Shown here one piece after another: positions 48,796 to 56,630 of a stretch of 64,000 nt of DNA. The notes under the pieces are model-generated. The model did not search any database, was not told where the DNA came from, and saw only the letters and a list, made by a program, of their open reading frames with translations. A program made the translations under genes and the position numbers. The stretch covers positions 222,434 through 286,433 of the forward strand of contig CASEZY010000001.1 of NCBI GenBank assembly GCA_949292635.1. Direction: 5' to 3'. How positions within the stretch are numbered: position 1 is the first letter of the stretch; the number at the start of each line of letters is the position of its first letter. This stretch comes from an uncultured Methanomassiliicoccales archaeon (lineage in GTDB: Archaea > Thermoplasmatota > Thermoplasmata > Methanomassiliicoccales > Methanomethylophilaceae).

Positions 48796-50049
48796 ATGAT
48801 AGTTGACTTCACCATCGAGAACTTCGGTCCATTCAGAGACGAGACCGTACTGAGCATGCAGGCCACCGGTATGAAGGGGCTTCCTGGAAACATATCGGAA
48901 TCAAAATTCGCGAAAAACGGACTGCTCACATCAGCAATAGTGTTCGGAGCGAACGCTTCCGGAAAATCATACCTCACAAAGGCATTCTCAGCACTGAGGT
49001 ACATGGTGGCTGACACCCGTCACGACGAAACCCAATTCCCCTGGTATCAGCCATTCAGAATGTCCGAGAGGTGCCTGACGTTCCCAGTGCGCATTCGCAT
49101 AAAATTCGTTGAGAAGAGTGTACTGTATGACTATGCGATATCATATTCGGCAGACCGCATAGTCTACGAGCATCTCTACCACTACCCAAAAAACCGCCGT
49201 GCATGCGTATTCCTACGCACAGGCCCATTGACATTCGAACAGGCGAAAAAAAGCATTGCAGGCCTCACAAACGGATCGTCCGCATATCTTGCTGTGGCAT
49301 CCAAACTGAATGATGCCGTATGCAGCATCGTATCCAAATACATCCTTGAGAGAGTAATCTGTCTGGGTTCCAATCTCCTCCCATTGGTAGCTAGATCCTG
49401 CGTGTATCTATCGGAGAGCCAGGACAGGAAAAATATGGCAATGTCCGGACTGAAATACGCCGATTTCGGAATCACAGACTTCCAGTGGACAGAGGAGAGT
49501 GTCGATTCGTCCGAACTGGAGAGACTCATGCCTCCTGAGATGTACCGCGGCATATCAGATGCCGAGAGGCAGACCGTGAAGAGGATGGATATCCGTCTCA
49601 AGCATTCATTCAGAAGTTCGGATGACAGCGGACTTGAGGAGGTCCTCCCTCTGGAAATCGAGTCGTCAGGGACACAGAATATGTTCGGACTTCTAGGCCC
49701 TCTTACTGATGTGCTGAGCAACGGTGGCGTGCTGATCATCGATGAATTCGGCTCCACATTCCATCCCATGCTGTCAAGGTGGATTGTGTCGCAGTTCTCT
49801 GATCAAACAGGCGACATCAGAGCGCAACTCATAGCCAACTCCCATGACATGGAACTGATGGATACAAAGGAGGTACTCCGCAGGGATCAGATATGGTTCA
49901 CCGATAAGGACAGAGCCACTGGAGCCGCGGAGCTCTATGCCCTATCGGATTTCGACGGCATCAGGAAAAACGCAGATATCGCCAAAGCCTATCTGAATGG
50001 AAGGTATGATGCGATTCCGCACATCCTCTCGGGAAAAATGAAGCCATGA
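48796..50049 (+). CDS. AAA_21-family ATPase, AbiLi/RloA-like (defence ATPase)
   Basis: Walker A GANASGKSYLT, Walker B/D-loop VLIIDEFGSTFHP, C-terminal NSHD; 417 aa; visibly AT-richer than the flanks. Confidence 0.8.
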   Translation: MIVDFTIENFGPFRDETVLSMQATGMKGLPGNISESKFAKNGLLTSAIVFGANASGKSYLTKAFSALRYMVADTRHDETQFPWYQPFRMSERCLTFPVRIRIKFVEKSVLYDYAISYSADRIVYEHLYHYPKNRRACVFLRTGPLTFEQAKKSIAGLTNGSSAYLAVASKLNDAVCSIVSKYILERVICLGSNLLPLVARSCVYLSESQDRKNMAMSGLKYADFGITDFQWTEESVDSSELERLMPPEMYRGISDAERQTVKRMDIRLKHSFRSSDDSGLEEVLPLEIESSGTQNMFGLLGPLTDVLSNGGVLIIDEFGSTFHPMLSRWIVSQFSDQTGDIRAQLIANSHDMELMDTKEVLRRDQIWFTDKDRATGAAELYALSDFDGIRKNADIAKAYLNGRYDAIPHILSGKMKP

Positions 50050-50654
50050 TCGTCGAACCGAGAGACAGAAGACGGAAGAGAAGGAAACCCAAGAACACCG
50101 CGCTTATCGTCGGTGACGGGCGAACCGAACAGCTGTACTTCGAATCCCTCAACAAGAGGTATGGCAAAATCAGCATCATATCCCTCGGAACCAGGAAAAC
50201 CGGTATCGACCAAAGCATCAGGTTTGCAAGAAATGTTGCAAAACACAGACAGTTGAACACCAGTGATGGAGACCTAGTGGCAATCGTGATGGACATCGAC
50301 GGCAGATATTATGAGGAAGACATTGCCAGAATGTACAGGAAGTGCAAGGAGAAAGGATATTCTCTGTTCCTGTCTAACCCTTGCATCGAAATCTGGTTCC
50401 TGCTCCATTACGAAGGAGTTCGTTGCGAATGCACACAGCACGAAGCACTTCATATGCTTGAGGCCGCCAGCAAAATGAAGTATTCGAAATCGAAGTCTTT
50501 CGAATTCGATGATGTGATGCTGAGAGAGGCTATGAAACGTGCAGAAAAAATCCTTCCAACGGAAGAATGCTGCCCGTCTGAATGTCTGAAAAGGAACCCC
50601 AGCACGATGCTTCACGTGCTAGTAGGCAACCTGCTAAACCGCCCCGAGCAATGA
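50046..50654 (+). CDS. RloB-like protein (AbiLii-like, Toprim-related) partner of the AAA_21 ATPase
   Basis: RloB signature ALIVGDGRTEQLYFESL near the N-terminus; start overlaps the ATPase stop (ATGA); 202 aa. Confidence 0.75.
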   Translation: MIVEPRDRRRKRRKPKNTALIVGDGRTEQLYFESLNKRYGKISIISLGTRKTGIDQSIRFARNVAKHRQLNTSDGDLVAIVMDIDGRYYEEDIARMYRKCKEKGYSLFLSNPCIEIWFLLHYEGVRCECTQHEALHMLEAASKMKYSKSKSFEFDDVMLREAMKRAEKILPTEECCPSECLKRNPSTMLHVLVGNLLNRPEQ

Positions 50655-50681
50655 TACAAAACATATTGCAGGGAGAAAATC

Positions 50682-50701
50682 GGCGGGGCTTGCGCCCCGC
50701 C
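50682..50701. terminator. Hairpin between convergent RloB-like gene and membrane-protein gene
   Basis: ggcggggc-ttgc-gccccgcc perfect 8-bp stem. Confidence 0.45.
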
Positions 50702-50709
50702 TAAGGGAA

Positions 50710-51402
50710 TCACATCTGGTCCTTCTTGAACTGGGTGTTCCTGCGGAGCACCGCGTCCTTGAGCTGCCTGCAGATGTAGTCCACGGCGCCGTCGTCGTCG
50801 GTCCCGATGACGCTGAGGAGCTCGTCCATCTTGGCGATGACCTCCTTGTCCATGCCGAGGGTGTCCTCCTTGGAGCGCATGGGCATGCTGAGCACAGCGT
50901 CAACCGCGGACTCCACGGTCTTCTCGTAGGACTTGCCGGAGGCCTTGGCGATGATGGCGTCGGCCCTCCTCTTGAACTCCAGTAGCACCTCGTTGCGGTA
51001 CTGCACGGTGGCGCGGTCCCTGGCGGCTGTGCGCCTGTTCAGGTAGACCTGCCAGATCATCAACGCCATGAGCAGCAGCAACAGCACGGCCTGGAACACC
51101 AGTACGCCCGTAAGGTCGTTCATGGCGACGAAGAACACCACGATTCCCAGTGCTATCTCCACCACCAGGAAGACGCTCAGCGTCATCAGGGACGTGATGG
51201 CGAAGATGTGGGAGTTGGGCGACTTCGGTACGAAGACCGTGAATCCCATCACCAGCAGTATGGACACGTCGATGATCGCCAGGCTCAGGATCTGCTGTGT
51301 GGTCAGATCCCACCCGGCGGAATATGCCAGCAGCAGGTCGATGATCGCCGCGATTATCACCATGATAGCGGCGAATGGCCAGTTCTTGAATGTCGATTGC
51401 AT
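50710..51402 (-). CDS. Hypothetical polytopic membrane protein co-transcribed with the SPFH protein
   Basis: Start MQSTFKNWPFAAIMVII (the ORF-track 5' extension is Arg-rich junk); 4 TM helices then a soluble C-terminal domain; 3-nt gap to the upstream gene. Confidence 0.5.
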   Translation of the reverse strand: MQSTFKNWPFAAIMVIIAAIIDLLLAYSAGWDLTTQQILSLAIIDVSILLVMGFTVFVPKSPNSHIFAITSLMTLSVFLVVEIALGIVVFFVAMNDLTGVLVFQAVLLLLLMALMIWQVYLNRRTAARDRATVQYRNEVLLEFKRRADAIIAKASGKSYEKTVESAVDAVLSMPMRSKEDTLGMDKEVIAKMDELLSVIGTDDDGAVDYICRQLKDAVLRRNTQFKKDQM

Positions 51403-51404
51403 GT

Positions 51405-52556
51405 TCACACCTTCTTTCCGCAGTTGGGGCAGAACTTGGCGCTCGCCTCCAGCTTCTGTCCGCAGTCCGTGCAGAACTTCGCCGCGGCCACGGGGGACCC
51501 GCAGCCGGGGCAGAACTTCGCACCTTCGGGGATCTGGGTCTTGCATGACGGGCATGCGTTGGCGGGAGCGGCGGCACCGTTGTTATTCGCCGAGGATTCC
51601 TGAGCCTGGGCCATGGTGTTGGCGGCCATTCCTCCGAAGGCACCGCCGGCGGCGATACCCATGCCGAGGCCTGCACCGGCGGTGGCAAGGATGTTGCCCT
51701 CGTTCTGTGCCAGGTTGTTCATGACCTCCATGTTCTTGTCCTGCTGCCAGGTTATTCCCAGGGTGTCCAGACGGGCCCTCTCTCCCTGAGCTTCCAATAT
51801 TGTGCTGGCCTTGGCCACACGAGCCTCCTCCAGAGCCTTCCTGGACGCGTCGTCGGCCACCTCGATCGCTTCTATGTAGAAGTTGACCAGGCGCATGCCG
51901 TACTCGTCCATGACCACCTTCAGCTCGGGCTTGACCATCTCGGCCACCTCGTCCTGTCTGGCACAGATACCGATGATCTCGTCGTCTATGGACTGTATCA
52001 CGCGTCCTAGGACGGATTTGACGGTCTGGTTGAACGGGGCGCGGAAGTCCTTCTTCACATCGTCCGGTGAGATGTTATCAACGTTGGATCCCGCGTACTT
52101 CAGGTAGAACTTCTTGGCGTCGTTGACCTGGATGGTGTACGCGCCCCTGGACTTCACCTTGGTGGCGATGTCGTACTTGCGGTCCACCACCTGTATGGGG
52201 GCGTCGGTGCCCCAGTTCATGTCCAGGCTGTGGGCCTTGTTGACGTAGAACACCTTACAGTTGTAGGCGCTGACGCCTCCGGTGAACACGCTCCTCAGCG
52301 GGGTGAGGAAGGGGAAGTTGTCGGTGTCCAGCGTGTACTGTCCTGCTGAGAGTGACTCCAGGATCACGCCGTTCTTGTAGAACAGCAACTCCTGGTTCTC
52401 GTCCACGATGACCTTGGAGCCCTCGTTGAAGTCCTCGTAGGGGACCTTCCAGAACAGGAAGTCGGGCTCGGCCTCGCACTTGATTATGCTGAAGAAGGGC
52501 TTCTTCCCGTTGGGATAGTCGGGATTCTTCCCTCTCAGGTTGTCCAATAGACCCAT
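51405..52556 (-). CDS. SPFH/band-7-like domain protein (COG4260-like putative virion core protein family) with three C-terminal zinc-ribbon repeats
   Basis: Start MGLLDNLRGKN. C-terminus CPSCKTQIPEGAKFCPGCG / KFCTDCGQKLEASAKFCPNCG tandem zinc ribbons. Confidence 0.65.
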   Translation of the reverse strand: MGLLDNLRGKNPDYPNGKKPFFSIIKCEAEPDFLFWKVPYEDFNEGSKVIVDENQELLFYKNGVILESLSAGQYTLDTDNFPFLTPLRSVFTGGVSAYNCKVFYVNKAHSLDMNWGTDAPIQVVDRKYDIATKVKSRGAYTIQVNDAKKFYLKYAGSNVDNISPDDVKKDFRAPFNQTVKSVLGRVIQSIDDEIIGICARQDEVAEMVKPELKVVMDEYGMRLVNFYIEAIEVADDASRKALEEARVAKASTILEAQGERARLDTLGITWQQDKNMEVMNNLAQNEGNILATAGAGLGMGIAAGGAFGGMAANTMAQAQESSANNNGAAAPANACPSCKTQIPEGAKFCPGCGSPVAAAKFCTDCGQKLEASAKFCPNCGKKV

Positions 52557-52910
52557 TCGATCACCTCGATGACGCAACATCGTGCGTTGATGGAAGGAGT
52601 AGCGTGGAGTGGGATAATTAAACTATGTAGAGGAACAGGGGAAGTTGACATGATTCCGAAGACGGTAGGATGGGTGCGGGGTTCGCCGTTGTGCGTAGCG
52701 GATCGGGATCGAATGGGTCCTGAGAACGGTGCACGAACAGGGATGTGCCTTAGATGCCGTCCGTGCACAAGTGTAGGTCTGGCTCATCAGCAATGGTGTC
52801 CCGACGACCGGAAACGGTGCGAAAAGTGTGTAATATAATGTAAGAAAATCATACATTAGATTACACATTTTTTACAAACATTATTATCCTCGGTTCACAT
52901 ACGCAGGATC

Positions 52911-54080
52911 ATGGCGGAGATCCTGCGGGATGAATACCTTCGGAGGCTGGAGTCCTTCCGCGGCCGGCCGGACCTGGTCAAGATACTCACAGGGGTCAGG
53001 AGGTCCGGCAAATCCACCATCCTCTCGCAGTTCCGCAGGAGGTTGGAGGCATCCGGAGAGGAGGTGGTCTCCGTGGACATGGAGGCGATGTCATTCGTGC
53101 TGACCACCGGCCGCGACCTCTACGATTACCTCAAGGAGAGGATGCCCTCCCCGGACTGCGCCGTACTGCTGGATGAGGTGCAGTACGTCGACGGATGGGA
53201 GAAGGTTGTCAACGCGCTGCGTGCGGGAGGAGCGGACGTATACGTCACCGGCTCCAATGCCAAGGTATTGTCATCGGAGTTCTCCACCATGCTTGCGGGA
53301 AGGTATGCGGAGATACACGTTCTGCCGTTCTCGTTCAGGGAGTTCCTGGAAAGGTACCCTCCTCACGGCGATGTTCGCACCTACGCCCGCTTCGAACAGT
53401 ACCTGAGATACGGCGGGCTGCCCATAATCGATCTTGACGATGACCCGGGGAAGAACAGGGTGATCATGAGCGGCGTCTACGATTCCGTCGTCGGAAGGGA
53501 CATAGCCTCCAGGGCGGGGGTCGAACTGCGCACCGTGGAACGTATGACCAGGTTCATGTACTCCAACGTGGGGAACATCACCACACTGTCTTCCATCACC
53601 TCCGGGTCCGGCATATCGGACAGGCGCACCGCGGACAGGTACCTGTCGGCGATCACGGACTCCTACGCATTCTATCGTGCCGATTCCTACGACCTGGTTG
53701 GGAAGCGCCCCATGAGGGTGAAGGCGAAGTACTATGCGGCTGACACCGGGCTGCGGAATGCGGCGCTGGCACACTCGGATGACGATGCATCCGGACTGCT
53801 GGAGAATGTGGTGTTCCTGGAGCTGAAGAGAAGGGGGTGCTCGGTGGCCGTGGGCTCGTACCGTGATTACGAGGTGGATTTCACCGTCAGGAAGGATGCG
53901 GGCGTGGGGCTGATCCAGGTGTGCAAAACGTTGGTCGAAGACAGCACGCTGGACAGGGCGCTCAGGCCGCTGAGGCTGGCGGAAGGGACGAATAAGATCG
54001 TTCTGACCATGGACAGGGATCTGCCTGATGATACGGATGAGGTGTCCTTCGTCAACCTTACGGATTGGCTGATGTCGTAG
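52911..54080 (+). CDS. AAA+ ATPase of the COG1373 type (ATPase plus DUF4143 C-terminal domain)
   Basis: Walker A TGVRRSGKST, Walker B VLLDEVQ, C-terminal DUF4143-like region; AT-rich promoter region upstream. Confidence 0.75.
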   Translation: MAEILRDEYLRRLESFRGRPDLVKILTGVRRSGKSTILSQFRRRLEASGEEVVSVDMEAMSFVLTTGRDLYDYLKERMPSPDCAVLLDEVQYVDGWEKVVNALRAGGADVYVTGSNAKVLSSEFSTMLAGRYAEIHVLPFSFREFLERYPPHGDVRTYARFEQYLRYGGLPIIDLDDDPGKNRVIMSGVYDSVVGRDIASRAGVELRTVERMTRFMYSNVGNITTLSSITSGSGISDRRTADRYLSAITDSYAFYRADSYDLVGKRPMRVKAKYYAADTGLRNAALAHSDDDASGLLENVVFLELKRRGCSVAVGSYRDYEVDFTVRKDAGVGLIQVCKTLVEDSTLDRALRPLRLAEGTNKIVLTMDRDLPDDTDEVSFVNLTDWLMS

Positions 54081-54122
54081 CACCGAATGTTTCAATAGGA
54101 GCCTCCCCCCCTCCTATTACGC

Positions 54123-54473
54123 ATGATGGAGGAGGTGTACCGCGATAACCGCTTGTCATTTGCGATGCTGGCCGTCATGTGGGCGATATTTATCGTCTCG
54201 GTCATCGTGCTCCCGGACAGGATCCCCGTCCATTGGGGCCTCGACCTCTCGGCACCCGATCGCTGGGGCTCGAAGCTTGAGCTGATCATTATGCCATTCA
54301 TGACCACGATCCTGTCCCTCGCATGCATGGGATTCGCGAGAGTCGTCAAAGGGGAGACCTATGGCGACGGGAGGTCCAGCGAAGCGCTGATGAACAAGGT
54401 CACCGCGGGGATCACCGCCGCTATGCTGCTACTGCAGATCGGGATTATGGCCCTCACCGCCATGAGCCTGTGA
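54123..54473 (+). CDS. DUF1648/SdpI-like small membrane protein
   Basis: IPVHWGLDLSAPDRWGSK motif between TM helices. Confidence 0.55.
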   Translation: MMEEVYRDNRLSFAMLAVMWAIFIVSVIVLPDRIPVHWGLDLSAPDRWGSKLELIIMPFMTTILSLACMGFARVVKGETYGDGRSSEALMNKVTAGITAAMLLLQIGIMALTAMSL

Positions 54474-54483
54474 CTCACGAACG

Positions 54484-55494
54484 TCAGTTCGACAGCCTTC
54501 TCTTGAACTCGGTGATCGCAGGCACAGGGATGGGGTCGATGCCCTTCATCTCCGCCAGGCAGAGGGATACGTAATCGCCGAGGATGATGCCGTTCATTAT
54601 GCGCTCCACCATATTGTCGCCGGGGAGGTCCACGATGAGGAATCCGGAGCCGTTCTCCTCCAGGAGCACGGAGCACACGTCCATGTACTCCGATACCGGC
54701 TGTGCGTCCCCCGCGCGGAGGAGTATCGGTATCACACCGGGAGGGGATGAATTGCACCAGGCCTCCAGGCTGTTGTGGCAGAACTCCGGAAATACCCCGG
54801 CTGCGGCCACGGTCTTGGCGTTCTCGTTGATCTGCGCCTTCCAGCGGTCGGCCACCGAACGGATGGCCTCGGAGGAGTAGATGAACGGAATCTTGTCTCC
54901 GATGCGGGCGGCGATGTCCTTCGCGATGGGGTCCGAACCGTCGGAGATCCTGCTGGCATATTCTATGCCCTTCTCCACGGCGGTGTGGAATATCCCGTGG
55001 AAAGACAGGTCTGAATCGTTGGCCTTGAGGACGGCGACGATATTCATCACCACGAATCCTATGTCGCTGCGGGGCATGAAACCGCTGCTGTTGATGAATC
55101 TGGGAACGTCGTCCCTCTCGGCGATGTCCTTCAGCTTCCCGCCGGAGGTGATCACATATACCCCGCATCCTCTCGCGCGGGCGTCGCTGTAGAGGGAGAG
55201 CATCTCCCGGGTGTTGCCGGAGTAGCTTACCACCATCACCAGTGTGTCCTCGTCAGCCCATTGGGGGAGGACGCTGACCCTGAGCATGGTAATAGGTATC
55301 TTGGACATGCTGTCGCAGATGTCCGCGACCAGGGCGCCGGAGATGCCGGAGCCGCCCATCCCCGCGATGATGACGTGATTGTAATGCCTTGTCAGCGAGG
55401 CGGTGACGAATCCGTTGGCGTCGTTGAATCCCCTGATACGGGTGAGGTGCTCGAGAGGGCGCTCTAGACCAGGTCTGTCGCTGGGAGGGGACAT
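54484..55494 (-). CDS. Second bifunctional PGI/PMI-type sugar-phosphate isomerase (SIS), paralog of 44421..45476
   Basis: Same SIS motifs (IAGMGGSGISG, SYSGNTREM) and domain order as the first copy, with diverged sequence. Confidence 0.75.
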   Translation of the reverse strand: MSPPSDRPGLERPLEHLTRIRGFNDANGFVTASLTRHYNHVIIAGMGGSGISGALVADICDSMSKIPITMLRVSVLPQWADEDTLVMVVSYSGNTREMLSLYSDARARGCGVYVITSGGKLKDIAERDDVPRFINSSGFMPRSDIGFVVMNIVAVLKANDSDLSFHGIFHTAVEKGIEYASRISDGSDPIAKDIAARIGDKIPFIYSSEAIRSVADRWKAQINENAKTVAAAGVFPEFCHNSLEAWCNSSPPGVIPILLRAGDAQPVSEYMDVCSVLLEENGSGFLIVDLPGDNMVERIMNGIILGDYVSLCLAEMKGIDPIPVPAITEFKRRLSN

Positions 55495-55781
55495 TATGGT
55501 ATGCCAGAGGTCTGGGAATTTATAATGACTACGACATCCGGCATGTAGGTTGACAAAGTCTCCTCTCCAATCACATGAAGAATTTGATGTATTTTATGAT
55601 ACATTGATACATAATTGTTCTAGAACAGTCTTAGTTCACTGCGAATACCAAAGGCGTTTGCCCGAATCGCCATATGTTGAATATCGAATCACACAGGCAC
55701 ACCGAGTGACTAAAAACAAATAAGATATATATCGGTGGCATACAAACCGTGGCATTACCGTGACCGCGGTCATGGAATCAA

Positions 55782-56630
55782 GTGATTAACGTGACGTCGC
55801 CATCCGAGGATGTAAACTCCGAACCGTCTGCAAAGAGGCACACTGTTCCTACTTTACAGACAATTCGGGAAATATACCAGTACCGCAACATCCTGTGGGC
55901 ACTGGTACGCAGGAACATCGTCGGAAAATACAAGAGCTCGTTCCTGGGATTCGCCTGGCACTTCATCACCCCGCTGTGTCTGATCGTCCTGTATTATGTA
56001 GTGTTCACAGGAATCAGAGCAAACCCGATAGAATCCTACTGGATATACCTTGGCTGTGGAATCTTTCCTTTCAGTTTCATGAATTCTAATCTGATATCTG
56101 GATCTGGGTGCATCTTGAATAATGGAGGGTACATCAGTAAGATGTACTTCCCACGTGAGATTGTCCCGCTGGCACAGGTGACGAGTTCGTTCATCATCAT
56201 GCTGTTCGGATATGTAGTGATCATGATTCTGACAATAGCATCAGGATTCACTCTCAACCCGATTGCCTTGCTTACGATTCCAGTGATGTTTGTCCTGAAC
56301 TACATCTTCGTACTTGGTATGGTGTTGCTTATGTCCTCGATAACCGTCTACGTCAAGGATATCCAGCATCTTCTGACATCAATGTCCATGGTGTTCTTCT
56401 TCACCACACCCATGTTCTATCTCGCCAGCGAGACCACCGGAATTCTTAGCAAATTAATATGGGTGAATCCGTTCACCTACTTCGTAGAAGCATACCACAG
56501 CATCGTTTACTTCGGCACGATGCCAAGTATTGAGATCACAGTAGCCTGCACAATACTAGCGGCTGTGTTCCTGGTGGTCGGTGCCATCGTGTTCAAACGT
56601 CTGAAGAGAGGTTTCGTGGAGAGGTTGTGA
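55782..56630 (+). CDS. ABC-2 type polysaccharide export permease (Wzm/KpsM/TagG-like)
   Basis: Six TM helices and a YRNILWALVRRNIVGKYKSSFLGFAWHFITPL N-terminal signature; apparent GTG start; AT-rich. Confidence 0.8.
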   Translation: MINVTSPSEDVNSEPSAKRHTVPTLQTIREIYQYRNILWALVRRNIVGKYKSSFLGFAWHFITPLCLIVLYYVVFTGIRANPIESYWIYLGCGIFPFSFMNSNLISGSGCILNNGGYISKMYFPREIVPLAQVTSSFIIMLFGYVVIMILTIASGFTLNPIALLTIPVMFVLNYIFVLGMVLLMSSITVYVKDIQHLLTSMSMVFFFTTPMFYLASETTGILSKLIWVNPFTYFVEAYHSIVYFGTMPSIEITVACTILAAVFLVVGAIVFKRLKRGFVERL

